Assembly: GCA_050633305.1 (NCBI GenBank) | Contig: JBOEGF010000023.1 | Coordinates: forward strand, 192,001-256,000 | Reading direction: 5' to 3' | DNA from: Nannocystales bacterium | GTDB lineage: Bacteria > Myxococcota_A > Polyangia > Nannocystales > Nannocystaceae | Length of the DNA: 64,000 bases | Part shown: one piece after another, positions 9,430-19,454 of the stretch | How the letters are laid out: each line of letters begins with the position of its first letter | How positions within the stretch are numbered: position 1 is the first letter of the stretch | The notes under the pieces: model-generated | Told to the model about the DNA's origin: nothing | The model's input: the letters and a program-made list of their open reading frames with translations, nothing else | Databases searched by the model: none | Position numbers and translations under genes: made by a program

Positions 9430-10686
9430 ATGGCTTTCAGTCGTCTCGCTCGGCCTCTCCTCGGCCTGGCTGCCCTCGCGTGCGGCGGATGTCTCGAGTA
9501 TCTCGAGCCCGGCGAGCTGGGACAGTTTCGGTACCTCGGTGACTACGTCGCTGAGGAGGAGTTTCTGTTTCCACGACCCGTCGCAGACCGCAACGGATCC
9601 ATCTATGCACTGATGGGCTCCCCCGACCTCGCCCAGACCGAGGCCACCGTGGGGTACCCGGCAGGCGGCGGATGGCGCGGTCGGTGCAGCGTGCACCAGA
9701 ACGTCGACCGCGGGCTGCACGGGTGGCTCGACACCACGGTGGACCGCGCCTGGTATTGGTCCGGCGACGCGATCGCCGAGGTCAACGGAAGAACCTCCGA
9801 CTGCCGCCAGATTCTCAGCCGCGATCCCAACTCGCAGTCGCAGCTGGCGTTCAAGGCAGTCCTTCCGCAAGTGAAGTGGACGCCGTCGCGACGGACGATG
9901 GTGGGGCTCGTCCAGGCGCCGAGCGACCCGGTCCCGTTTCAGGTGGTCATCGACCTCGACATCCGTCGGTACTCTCGGTTCGAGGAGTTCGTCCCGAGAA
10001 ACGCGGACAACGTCGTCTCCCTCGGTGTGGGTGGTGATGAAGCCACCGAAGCCGGCTTCATGGTCATCCGATACGAGATCGGTGGAGATGACACCGAAGA
10101 GCCCGACGTCCGCGTCGAAGCCCGCTTCCTCAACGCCAACGCAGAAGTCACCGACATCGTCGCCATCAGCGGGCTGGACGCGTTCGAAGAGGACGCAATG
10201 ACCGGCTACATGCAGATCGGTACGGCCGGTTGGGCCGCGGGCGTCCTCAACGATGGCTCGGTCCTGCTGTTCGACCGCGGCAACGCCGAGCACATCACCG
10301 ACACCGGACCGTTGGAGCCCGTCGGCGTGCACCTTTGGGATGGCACCGTGTGGGTGGTCGGGATGGCCAACGGTCGTCCGAGCATCGCGGCGGTCAACGA
10401 CCGAGGCAGGCTGGACAACCCGGTGGTCTGGGCCGCCAGCGAGCGCCTGGCGGACTCGCTTCGAACCAACGTCGTCATCCAAGATGACCGCTTCACGCCG
10501 ATTCGGACCCTGACATGGGCGAACCCGGAACCTGCCTTCGGAGAGTTCCCCCTCGTCGTGCCCAACGCCCCCTGGGCCTACGCCACCGACACCTCTTTGA
10601 TGATGGTCGGCGGACCGAGCTACACCTCGGGCGGTCAGACCTTCGTATCGCTTGCCGCTGGGCCCGTCGGCCTCTCGTACCCATGA
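9430..10686 (+). CDS. Lipoprotein of unknown function (probable beta-rich fold)
   Basis: Lipobox-like ALACGGC. Starts 8 bp after the previous gene and has an ATGA overlap with the next. Confidence 0.85.
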   Translation: MAFSRLARPLLGLAALACGGCLEYLEPGELGQFRYLGDYVAEEEFLFPRPVADRNGSIYALMGSPDLAQTEATVGYPAGGGWRGRCSVHQNVDRGLHGWLDTTVDRAWYWSGDAIAEVNGRTSDCRQILSRDPNSQSQLAFKAVLPQVKWTPSRRTMVGLVQAPSDPVPFQVVIDLDIRRYSRFEEFVPRNADNVVSLGVGGDEATEAGFMVIRYEIGGDDTEEPDVRVEARFLNANAEVTDIVAISGLDAFEEDAMTGYMQIGTAGWAAGVLNDGSVLLFDRGNAEHITDTGPLEPVGVHLWDGTVWVVGMANGRPSIAAVNDRGRLDNPVVWAASERLADSLRTNVVIQDDRFTPIRTLTWANPEPAFGEFPLVVPNAPWAYATDTSLMMVGGPSYTSGGQTFVSLAAGPVGLSYP

Positions 10687-12089
10687 GCCCTCGTCTCGCT
10701 ACGATCCTCATCGGCGGATTGATGCTCGCCTCGCGGACCGCCCTCGCGGCCCCGCCTCCACCTCCGGATGTCCCCGCTGCGCCCGACCCCGAGCCTGAGG
10801 CAGACACGTCCGAGCCTGAGTCGGTCGTCACCGTTGCCGACGATGAGCCCGAGCCTGCGGCCGAGCCCGACCCCGCACCGGTCGACGTCGCCGCCGACTC
10901 TCAGGAGGCCGAAACGCCGCCGGACGAGGGGGTCGACGAGGAGGCCGAAGCCAAGCCGTCACCGTTCAAGTCAGAGCACCTGACCATCGAAGGCTACATC
11001 CAGCCGCAGTACACCTACCGAGTCCGACGAGGCGCCCGCCCACGAGACCAACAGGAGTTCGGTGCCCAGCAAACGCGGGCGGGGCTCATCTTCCACGGGA
11101 ACGTCCTCCCGAAGTGGTCATACCGGGCTCACATCGTGGTGGGTTCGCAGATCACCCGCGTCGTCACCGACGTCGACGCCGTCGACTATGAGGGGGACGG
11201 CGCCTCGGACAACCTGGTCACGCGCACGGCGTTGGTGCCGGGCCTCGAGCTCGAGCAACTCTGGGTCAACTACCGCCCCGTCGCCGTCTCGTCCTCCAAG
11301 GGCATGGAGATCCTCGAGCTGAACCTGAAGCTCGGTCAGATGCGGGTACCGTTCTCGAGACAGAACAGGACCCAAAACAACTCGCTGCTGTTCCCGCGGC
11401 GCAACCAGGCCGTCACGAGTTTCTTGGTCAGCAGCGACCTGGGCGGCTTGGTCGAAGCCGGCTTCGCCGACAAACGAGTGTCACTCTCCGGGGGCGTGTT
11501 CAACGGCACGGGACTCGCGGTCAACCGCGACAACCGGCGGGGTCCGCTGTGGTCCGCTCAACTCGAAGTCGCTCCCTTGGGTGCTTTGGGGGGCTACGAG
11601 AGCGCACTGGAGCTCAACAAGAAGCCGAGGTTCGCGGTCGGTGCAGGAATGCTCTACTCGCCGTATCAGCTGTTCAACTCGGCTGGCGACGATACCCTCA
11701 CCCGGGCTCGCGACCTCCTGCTCTCGGGCTCGGCCAAGTTCGTGATGCACGGCTTCTACCTACAGGGGGAGTTCATCCGTCGGCAGGTCACCGACAACCT
11801 CAGCAGCCGCCCGTTCTTGAGCACCGGCGCCTACGGCCAGCTCAGCTACGCCATCCCCGCAGGGAAGAAGCTCTTCATCGCACCGCTGGGCAACTTCGGC
11901 TGGACTGCAAGCGAGCAAGCGGTCGATCCCCTCAACCGCTACTTCACGACCGACGGGCTCGCGTTCTACCTGCCCAACGAACGGCAACTCGACGCCGTAC
12001 GGGTCTCGCTCCTGTACCAGGGCGAGTGGCTGGTCGACGAGGGCGAGAGCGCCCAGGGCGGCACGCTTCAGGTCCAGCTCAAGTTCTGA
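10683..12089 (+). CDS. Outer-membrane porin (OprO/P-like beta-barrel)
   Basis: Signal peptide, acidic Pro linker, GYIQPQY, LKLGQMRVPFSR, GGVFNGTG, and C-terminal QVQLKF. Confidence 0.85.
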   Translation: MSPRLATILIGGLMLASRTALAAPPPPPDVPAAPDPEPEADTSEPESVVTVADDEPEPAAEPDPAPVDVAADSQEAETPPDEGVDEEAEAKPSPFKSEHLTIEGYIQPQYTYRVRRGARPRDQQEFGAQQTRAGLIFHGNVLPKWSYRAHIVVGSQITRVVTDVDAVDYEGDGASDNLVTRTALVPGLELEQLWVNYRPVAVSSSKGMEILELNLKLGQMRVPFSRQNRTQNNSLLFPRRNQAVTSFLVSSDLGGLVEAGFADKRVSLSGGVFNGTGLAVNRDNRRGPLWSAQLEVAPLGALGGYESALELNKKPRFAVGAGMLYSPYQLFNSAGDDTLTRARDLLLSGSAKFVMHGFYLQGEFIRRQVTDNLSSRPFLSTGAYGQLSYAIPAGKKLFIAPLGNFGWTASEQAVDPLNRYFTTDGLAFYLPNERQLDAVRVSLLYQGEWLVDEGESAQGGTLQVQLKF

Positions 12090-12615
12090 GCTGTACCGGC
12101 TCGTGCTCACGGCAGATCTTGACGCGGTCGGCCTTGCGAAGCGTCTCACCCGTGAGGCCACATCGGGCCCGCCCAGCATCGACTTGATGGTGGGTGCAAC
12201 TGTTGCAGACACCGAATGTGCGGGCGTCGGCGGAGTGCTGCAGGGAACGCAACACACTGCGCAGTGCAGACTCGAGCTCGGGGTCAGGTGCGCTGGGGAT
12301 GCGAAGAGCATCGGCAACGATCTCCGCGCCCTCGGAGGTCACCGCGCAGTGCTGGACCCGGCGGTCCTCGGGGTCGGGTGTCTTGGCGATGAGAGCCGAG
12401 GACTCTAGGGTCTTGAGCGTTTGCGAGACCGTGCCCTTGGTCAGCGCGAGGTACTCGGCGAGCGCCAACGGCGTGTCGCTGTAGCGGTTCGCAGAGTTGA
12501 GATAGACGAGAGCCTCCAGCTGCACCAGCTTGAGCCCGTGGTCCGTACTCACGCGTCGGAGCTGAGCCCGGAACAAGGCACTGATTCGCTCGAGCAGGCG
12601 GTGCGCGTCGCTCAC
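12079..12615 (-). CDS. MarR-family regulator with C-terminal 4-Cys motif
   Basis: ANRYSDTPLALAEYLALTKGTVSQTL...DPEDRR wHTH, followed by FGVCNSC...CGLTGE...KICREH. Confidence 0.9.
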   Translation of the reverse strand: MSDAHRLLERISALFRAQLRRVSTDHGLKLVQLEALVYLNSANRYSDTPLALAEYLALTKGTVSQTLKTLESSALIAKTPDPEDRRVQHCAVTSEGAEIVADALRIPSAPDPELESALRSVLRSLQHSADARTFGVCNSCTHHQVDAGRARCGLTGETLRKADRVKICREHEPVQLRT

Positions 12616-12624
12616 ACCGAGATA

Positions 12625-12686
12625 GTATCGAGAACAAACCATTTGACAAGGAAGGTCTTCGCTCGCATTAAGTATCGAGTCGAAAC
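12625..12686. promoter_or_regulatory. Divergent promoter with two putative MarR operators
   Basis: GTATCGAGAACAAAC (12625-12639) and GTATCGAGTCGAAAC (12672-12686, imperfect palindrome) flank TTGACA (12643-12648). Confidence 0.6.
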
Positions 12687-12687
12687 C

Positions 12688-14202
12688 ATGAAGAGTTTTT
12701 GCCCCACCCTGTCTGCCGGCCTCGCCCTGCTGTGCGCCTGTTCCTCCGATCCTGCCGATTCGGCAGACACCAGCACGACCGACGTCCCCACAACCGGCTC
12801 GAGCGAAAGCTCGGGAAGCACGGGAGTGAGCCCGGTGGGCTCGTCTTCGGACGGCGGGAGCACGGGAAGTCGCTCCGACTCGTCGGGCTCAGGCGGTGAC
12901 GCTCCGCTCGACCCCGCCTTTGACCTGGTGGACATGGACGTGCGCTACGACCCCGAGCTGGACGCGGTGGTCTTCGAGGTCGGGACCATCGGAGACGCGG
13001 GATCTGTCGCGCCCGAGCCTGTGGGCTCCGTCGACGGTGCGCCCGTGCTCGGCTACGTCTTCCCCACCACCCTGCCCCCCGAAGCCGTCGGATTCACGGA
13101 CGTGAAGGGTGACGTCGTCCTCGCCGTGACCTCGCACCCCGACTTCGACGACACCCCGTTGTGGGATGAAGACGGCAACCGAGCGTACGACGACGACGGC
13201 GTCGTCTACCATGCGCATTGGGCCGTCCTCGTCTCGGATGAGCGAGCGCCAGCGGGGCTGGCCGTCGCGCAGGCACCGAACCCTGACGTGCTTCCACCCA
13301 CGGCCCCGATGCCGATGTATCTCGACTCTCCGGGCTTTACCGTTGTGGAGGACGGCACAAGTCTGCGTGTGGTTGTACCGCTCGACCGCGTAGGGCGGGA
13401 ACTCGACTTCAGCGTCGGGGCCTTGGTCGCGCAGATGCGTGTCCAAGTGATCGATGACGCACCCCTGCTCGGCGTCGAGTCCGTCCTGTCCGCCCTCGAT
13501 GAGGGAGCGCCGACCCATTCTCCAACCGGCCTCGAGCAGGCCGCACCACGAGCTTGGCCGGATGCTGCGACGGACCCGGAGACTCTCGACCTCACAGCGA
13601 CCGAAGCGACCTACCGAAGCGACGTTGCCACATTTGTCATGACGCTCGACACCGCGTCGAGCGTCGCCACCTCGATCCCGACACCGGGGGGCACGCTCGA
13701 TGGCGCTCCGGTTCTGGGCTACGCCTTCCCCACTAGCATCGATCCGAGCGAGGTGGGCTTCGAGGGGGCCAGTGGGATTCTGGCGTTGGCCGTGACGTCT
13801 CATCCAGACTTCGACGACACCCCGCTGTGGGACGAGTCGCTCGACGGGGAGTACGGGAATGACGGAGCCGTGTATCACGTGCACTGGGCCGTCCTGGTCG
13901 AAGACCCGGACTCGCCTGCCGGCCTCTCCGTCCCCCCCGCGGGCGAGACTCCGCGTCCGCCGACCTCACCGATGCCCATGCTGCTCGACTCGCCGGGCTT
14001 CCACGCGTTTGCGCGGGACGAACGGCTCACCGTGCTGATCCCCGGGTGGCATCTGCCCAACACAGACGCGTTCAGCTTCGACGCCCTCACGGCATCGATG
14101 CGCGTGGACGCCTCGGGTGACGCTCCAACCTTGCGGGTCGAGGAGGTCCATGACGTCTTGTCTGGTGACCTCTCTCTCCCGAACACGGTCTCGCGGGACT
14201 GA
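12688..14202 (+). CDS. Lipoprotein with tandemly duplicated uncharacterised His/Asp-rich domain
   Basis: Lipobox LCAC and two copies of GAPVLGYxFPT...VTSHPDFDDTPLWDE...YHxHWAVLV...MPMxLDSPGF. Confidence 0.9.
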   Translation: MKSFCPTLSAGLALLCACSSDPADSADTSTTDVPTTGSSESSGSTGVSPVGSSSDGGSTGSRSDSSGSGGDAPLDPAFDLVDMDVRYDPELDAVVFEVGTIGDAGSVAPEPVGSVDGAPVLGYVFPTTLPPEAVGFTDVKGDVVLAVTSHPDFDDTPLWDEDGNRAYDDDGVVYHAHWAVLVSDERAPAGLAVAQAPNPDVLPPTAPMPMYLDSPGFTVVEDGTSLRVVVPLDRVGRELDFSVGALVAQMRVQVIDDAPLLGVESVLSALDEGAPTHSPTGLEQAAPRAWPDAATDPETLDLTATEATYRSDVATFVMTLDTASSVATSIPTPGGTLDGAPVLGYAFPTSIDPSEVGFEGASGILALAVTSHPDFDDTPLWDESLDGEYGNDGAVYHVHWAVLVEDPDSPAGLSVPPAGETPRPPTSPMPMLLDSPGFHAFARDERLTVLIPGWHLPNTDAFSFDALTASMRVDASGDAPTLRVEEVHDVLSGDLSLPNTVSRD

Positions 14203-14337
14203 CCTTGCGTGGGAAGGCTGAGTGCTACGGAAAGACTCCGTCCGACTCGGGCATTCAGCCCCCATTCGCGCCGACCACGCGACGCGTTTTTTTGACTCTA
14301 GGATGAATAACCACATGTGCACCGCGTACGTACATGT

Positions 14338-16041
14338 GTGAAAGCGGGACACTGGAGCACACACCTTCGTCAGAAGGCCCTGACCGTCGCCATCGTCCTC
14401 TGCGGCGGTTGCTACGTCTCGGAAGTGCCTGAAGAGGCGGGGGAAACCGACACAGGTACCGGGACCGAGACCGACGCTGGCTCCGGCGCGGACACGGATG
14501 GACCGGGTGAAGGCACCACATCGGGCTCCTCGTCGGCCTCCGGTGAGACGGAAGACGATTCGGCAAGCGCGGACGAAACCGGGGGAACCGAGACCGGAGA
14601 CGAAGGCGAGCAAGGCGAACTCGAAGCGCTGATCGGAGCGCTGTGCGACTGGGAGTTCAACTGCTGCTCGGAAGGCGAACTCGACTACCGGCTCGGGCCC
14701 TTCACAAGCGACGCGGACGACTGCCGCGCGCGCTACGTCGAGCAGCTCTACTCCAACGACGATGTCGCCGAGTCCAACCGAGGCGGGCTTCTCCACACAC
14801 TCGGTTTCGGGATCCGATTGGATCGCTCGTCGGTCAATCGTGACGCCGCCGACGAGTGTCGAGCCGTGCTCGAAAACCAAGCGTGCAACCAACCCTTCGA
14901 TCCGGACGCCACGTGCACGCCCGGAGACGACCCCAGCCGGAACCCGTGTGACCTCCGAAACCTGTTTCAAGGCACGCTCGTCGTTGGCGAGGCGTGCAGC
15001 GCCAACTTGGCGGGACTGGGCTTCGACATCGAGTGTGCACCGGGTGCTTCCTGCGAAGACGTGGATGGCGACTACGTCTGCGTCGACAAGGGCTTGACCG
15101 ACGAGTTCTGCGAAGCGGACTACACCTGCGACGAGGGCCTGTACTGCGACATCGGCACCGGCCTGTGCCGCCCCAAAGCAGAGCTTGGAGAGCACTGCGA
15201 GTACGAAGATGTCGACGACCCTGCGTTGGGAACCGAGTCGACGCAGTGCAGAGCCGGACTGACCTGCGACCCCGCGACCGAAACGTGCACCGAATACTGC
15301 AGCACTGGATACGCCTGCGGCGCGGACGCACAGTGCCCCAGTGGAGAGAGCTGCATCCCGCTCGACTTCGAGGACGGCACCCACAGCTACTGCGCCCCAC
15401 GAGGAGACACCAACGGGGATCGCTGCGACACCGACCGCGATTGCGCCGACGACTTCCACTGCTCCGGCGACACCTGTGCCTCCGACCGCAGCCAGGGAAC
15501 CGCGTGCACCTTCGACGGCCAGTGTGAAGACGGACTCTACTGCGACACTGGGGGTTCCGCAGAGTGCGAGATCGTTCTGATCGCGAACGCGATCTGTACT
15601 GACGACCGCGAGTGCAACCCGACGGCGACGCTCGGCTGCATGACCAGCGACAACGGCCGCCGCTGTCGCACCAGCCTGCTCGACAATGGCGATGAGTGTG
15701 TGCCCGGGGAAAACGAAGGCAGCAACTGGTGCGCGTCGGGAGTCTGTGAAGACCTGACAGACGATGCGGTCGCCAACCCCGAATGCCACGCTGGCGCAGA
15801 TGTCGGCGATGCCTGCGACGACTCCGCGGCGACCTTTGACGAGCTTCGCTGTCGGCCGGGCACGTACTGCCTCGAGGAGGAATGCGTGCTCAAGGAAGAT
15901 GCCGGGGGAGACTGCAGCGACGACGGCAATGACCAGTGCCTCAACGCGACCTGCGACGAGATCTGGGAAGGCGACTACTGCTCCGATGGCGTCCCGCTCG
16001 AGGAGTTCGAGACGGCCGCAACCTGCGACGGAGTGGAGTAA
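14338..16041 (+). CDS. Very Cys-rich (Dickkopf-like repeat) lipoprotein
   Basis: LCGGC lipobox and repeated GxxC...C..GLxC modules. Start uncertain (14317 or 14338). Confidence 0.85.
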   Translation: MKAGHWSTHLRQKALTVAIVLCGGCYVSEVPEEAGETDTGTGTETDAGSGADTDGPGEGTTSGSSSASGETEDDSASADETGGTETGDEGEQGELEALIGALCDWEFNCCSEGELDYRLGPFTSDADDCRARYVEQLYSNDDVAESNRGGLLHTLGFGIRLDRSSVNRDAADECRAVLENQACNQPFDPDATCTPGDDPSRNPCDLRNLFQGTLVVGEACSANLAGLGFDIECAPGASCEDVDGDYVCVDKGLTDEFCEADYTCDEGLYCDIGTGLCRPKAELGEHCEYEDVDDPALGTESTQCRAGLTCDPATETCTEYCSTGYACGADAQCPSGESCIPLDFEDGTHSYCAPRGDTNGDRCDTDRDCADDFHCSGDTCASDRSQGTACTFDGQCEDGLYCDTGGSAECEIVLIANAICTDDRECNPTATLGCMTSDNGRRCRTSLLDNGDECVPGENEGSNWCASGVCEDLTDDAVANPECHAGADVGDACDDSAATFDELRCRPGTYCLEEECVLKEDAGGDCSDDGNDQCLNATCDEIWEGDYCSDGVPLEEFETAATCDGVE

Positions 16042-16046
16042 GTCCG

Positions 16047-16952
16047 ATGGCCTCGCTGCGCTGCAACACCACCATCTTGGCCCTGACCTCGAGCTTGCTG
16101 TGCAGCTTGCCGCTGGACGTGCGGGCCGCCCCCGAGCAGGTCGTGACCGCCGGGGACGCGCCCAAGGGCCAACGAACCGCGTATATCCGTGGAAAACAGG
16201 CGGCACAACGGGACGACGCGGAAGGAGCGGTCGAGGCGTGGGGCGGGGTCCTGAACGCGACTCCAGAGTCGATCAAGACCCGTCGCTTTCGCATGAACCT
16301 GGTGGTCGACACCGTCTATGTCGCCCTGGACGCCCACACCCGGCAGCCCAACCGTCCCCTTCTTGAGCGCGCACTCGACATCTACTACGCCTACTTCTCG
16401 GCCTACGAGGCGCAGTACGGGAACCCCAATATCCCACGGCCCGTCGTCAACGCCCGGTTTGACCTCAAGGCCGCGCTCGAAACCGCGGAGCGAGCGGCTC
16501 CACCTGTGGAGGTCGCAGAGACGACCCAGCAGACGGCCCCGGAACCACCGGCACGACAACCCGAGAGCGATGGCTCGGCGTCGATCAGACTCTCAACGTC
16601 GGACCGCTCAGACGGAGTCGGCCTCCTCATCGCAGGCGGGGTCACCATGGCGGTGGGCGCCGGTCTGACCTCGCTCATCGCGGTCGGTGCGATCAACGGC
16701 AAGCAGACTCGCGAGGACCTCGACAACCCCGCCTACTCGGCGGAGCAACGCAGCCGCATCGATGCCGAGGGAAAGAAGGCGAACACGATGTTCATCGCCG
16801 GCCTCATCTCAGCGCCCATCGCTCTCGCGACCGGGGCGGTGCTGGTCGGGCTTGGTGCCAAGCGCCGGGTCGACAGCCGCCGCGGGTACGCCCACGTGGC
16901 GCCCGCGGTAAGCCGGTCGTTTGCAGGCCTGCAGATTCAAGGGCGCTTCTAG
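16047..16952 (+). CDS. Myxobacterial-type exported protein, helical N-domain plus two Gly-rich TM segments
   Basis: Signal peptide, TPR-like helices, Pro linker, GLLIAGGV..., and C-terminal AGLQIQGRF. Confidence 0.8.
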   Translation: MASLRCNTTILALTSSLLCSLPLDVRAAPEQVVTAGDAPKGQRTAYIRGKQAAQRDDAEGAVEAWGGVLNATPESIKTRRFRMNLVVDTVYVALDAHTRQPNRPLLERALDIYYAYFSAYEAQYGNPNIPRPVVNARFDLKAALETAERAAPPVEVAETTQQTAPEPPARQPESDGSASIRLSTSDRSDGVGLLIAGGVTMAVGAGLTSLIAVGAINGKQTREDLDNPAYSAEQRSRIDAEGKKANTMFIAGLISAPIALATGAVLVGLGAKRRVDSRRGYAHVAPAVSRSFAGLQIQGRF

Positions 16953-16969
16953 GTCAGACGCCAAGCGTC

Positions 16970-17293
16970 CTAGATCAGAAGCTGCTGCAAAAGCTCGAAC
17001 TGCTCTTGCTCGTGCGGGTCGACGACCCCGTCGGCTTCGAAGAGCTGCCGCGCCGCATCGAGGAAAACCTCACGGTGCTCCGGTGGCACGCGGGTGGGGT
17101 CGACTTCTTCCGCCGGCGGGGGCGAGCGAAGCCAACCCACGATGAGCTCGCGGTCTTCTTCGAGTCCCAGTTTCTCGACGAGCTTGTCCACGAAGTGGCG
17201 CTCCTCGGACTGAATCTCGAGGTCAGCCCACGCAAACGCGCAAACGAACTTCATCAGTTGCAGTCGGTCTTCGCGGCCCAGGGACCCAAGCAT
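16970..17293 (-). CDS. TerB-family protein
   Basis: AWADLEIQSEER and EADGVVDPHEQE motifs. Confidence 0.85.
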   Translation of the reverse strand: MLGSLGREDRLQLMKFVCAFAWADLEIQSEERHFVDKLVEKLGLEEDRELIVGWLRSPPPAEEVDPTRVPPEHREVFLDAARQLFEADGVVDPHEQEQFELLQQLLI

Positions 17294-17435
17294 GGCGCCA
17301 GGATATCACGGCCCATGCGCGCCCTCGGGTGTCGAATGTCCAGGCGCCCAATTGTCGCGGCGACAATACGGCGCATCATGAGGACACCGCGGTCCGGAAC
17401 GTGCGGCTCGGTTGTGCTACTAAAATCGCAGGGAC

Positions 17436-19454
17436 GTGAGCCGGGAGCGAGCGACATGGGCTGCCTTTGCGGTGGTGATGCTGCTGGCCGCCGGCTTGCT
17501 GTTCGTCGACCTCGGTGCCGGTGAGTGGCGAACCTGGGACGAAGGGCTGTACGGGCGACTGAGCCGCAACGCGCTCGAGCAGGGTCGCTATTTGTACGCG
17601 ATCGATGAATCAGGCGCCTACTACGAGCGGTTCAGCAAGCCTCCGATGAGCCTGTGGCTCACCGCACTCAGCCTGCGAGCCTTCGGGATGAGCGTGGGCG
17701 CGCTACGGATCCCCTTCGCTCTGGGAATGCTCGCCACCGTCGCATTCGCCTTCGGGTGGGGTCGAAGGATCGGCGGTCTTCCCATGGCGATCTCGTGGAG
17801 CGCGGGCTTGGCCCTGTGTGCCGCCACCACCCGATGGGGTCGGCACGCCTGCATCGAGCCGATGTTCGTCGCCGGCCTGCTGGGAGGGTTGTGGGCCTAC
17901 CACGCAAGCGTCGAGGCAAAAGACGCGAAGATCTCGCGCCGCAATGCCGTGCTCGCAGGGGTCGCGCTCGCGTTTGCCATGCTCACCAAGCAACTGGCGG
18001 TTGGACTCGCTGTCCTCCCGATTCTCGTGTTCGAAGGGTGGCGACGCGATCGTAGCGCCCTCCCCCGCCTCGCCGTGGCGTTGGGGATCCCTCTGCTCGC
18101 CGGGGTTGTCTGGTTTGCGTGGGCCGGCATCGCCACCGATGGCGGCGTGTTCGAGGTGTTGCTCAACCGCGGGGTCCGACAACGCATGGCGGGGTTTGAA
18201 GGCGGGCAAAATGCTCGCACCCTCAACGAACTCGCCGGCGTGGTGTCCGAAGCGACGGACCCCATCCCGTGGCCGCTCGGCGCGGCGGGCCTCGCTGTGT
18301 TCTGCGTGCTTCGACCCCGTGCGGAGCTTCGCACCCCGCGTCCGGAGCTCCTCCTACCGCTGTGGTTCGTCGGCAACGTGCTGGTGTTCGAGAACCTCTC
18401 GCAGTCGATGCTCCCGTGGTACGCGCTGCACATCGTCGTCCCCGCGATCGGGGGAGCCGCTTGGCTGATCTCTGCAACAACACGACCGCCCGGGCGCGGA
18501 ACGCTTCGTGTCGTGTGGGCTGGGCTGGGCTGGACGGGTGCGGGGATCGTGGCGCTCACCGCCGCCTCCGGAGTCCTCTCTCAGCTCAACGTGGCCTTGT
18601 TCGCCATCGTTCTTCTCGTGGTGGCGTTTGCTCGACGCGCTGAAGCCACCCGGATCACCGCGCTCCTCGGCGTCGTACTCGTGATGTTCGCGGCACGGCT
18701 GCGAGACCCCGAGCTCAACCCGCCAGCCCAGCCCTTCTCCCCCTTGATGGAAGCGCTGGCAGACAGCCCTCGAGTGGCCGTCGACCGCCGCGCAGCCCTT
18801 CCTCAGCTCGCGTACCGGGCACTGTATGGACCCGGCGCGACGGAGGTCTCCCGTGCACCCTGGCCCACGGACTCGTTCGATGCCTACGTCGTCCCCACTG
18901 TGCTTCCCACCGAGTACGAACCCCCTCAGGGGGTGATCCTGCACCGGGCCGCTGGCGTGAGTGCGTTTGCCGGAGACCTCTCCACTCGTGCCTGGTCGTT
19001 CTCCACACTCGAAGCGCTCCTGCGCGCAGGTCCGATCACCTACGAGGCCGAACACCTCGCAGCCGCGGGGTGGGACACCGCCCTCGACGACCCCGAGGCC
19101 TCCGGCGGGTCGTTGCGTGGATACACGCGCTATCGCAACGAGCTCCCCCCGAAGCTACCGCTGAGCATCGGACCCAAGCTCAGACTTCCCAAGGGTCACT
19201 ATGTGCTCGAGGTCTGGATGCGTTGGTCCTGCCCGAAGGCGCAAGCCCAACAAACGGCGGCGCTGTTGACCGTCTCGACCAATACGCGGGAGATCAAGCG
19301 AGCGGAGCTGGCCTGCGAGGATGGGCCGGATGTCCTGACCCCGTACCGCGTGGAGTTCACGCTCCCCGCGCCCGAGACGTTCAACACGCGACTTGGGTTT
19401 CGCAACGGCACCGTCGAGCACGACCGAAGCGTGCTCACTTGGCGGGCGGAGTAG
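17436..19454 (+). CDS. ArnT/PMT-like GT-C glycosyltransferase
   Basis: WDEGLY, FSKPPMSLWL, ALRIP, MLTKQ, many TMs, and a C-terminal beta domain. Confidence 0.88.
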   Translation: MSRERATWAAFAVVMLLAAGLLFVDLGAGEWRTWDEGLYGRLSRNALEQGRYLYAIDESGAYYERFSKPPMSLWLTALSLRAFGMSVGALRIPFALGMLATVAFAFGWGRRIGGLPMAISWSAGLALCAATTRWGRHACIEPMFVAGLLGGLWAYHASVEAKDAKISRRNAVLAGVALAFAMLTKQLAVGLAVLPILVFEGWRRDRSALPRLAVALGIPLLAGVVWFAWAGIATDGGVFEVLLNRGVRQRMAGFEGGQNARTLNELAGVVSEATDPIPWPLGAAGLAVFCVLRPRAELRTPRPELLLPLWFVGNVLVFENLSQSMLPWYALHIVVPAIGGAAWLISATTRPPGRGTLRVVWAGLGWTGAGIVALTAASGVLSQLNVALFAIVLLVVAFARRAEATRITALLGVVLVMFAARLRDPELNPPAQPFSPLMEALADSPRVAVDRRAALPQLAYRALYGPGATEVSRAPWPTDSFDAYVVPTVLPTEYEPPQGVILHRAAGVSAFAGDLSTRAWSFSTLEALLRAGPITYEAEHLAAAGWDTALDDPEASGGSLRGYTRYRNELPPKLPLSIGPKLRLPKGHYVLEVWMRWSCPKAQAQQTAALLTVSTNTREIKRAELACEDGPDVLTPYRVEFTLPAPETFNTRLGFRNGTVEHDRSVLTWRAE

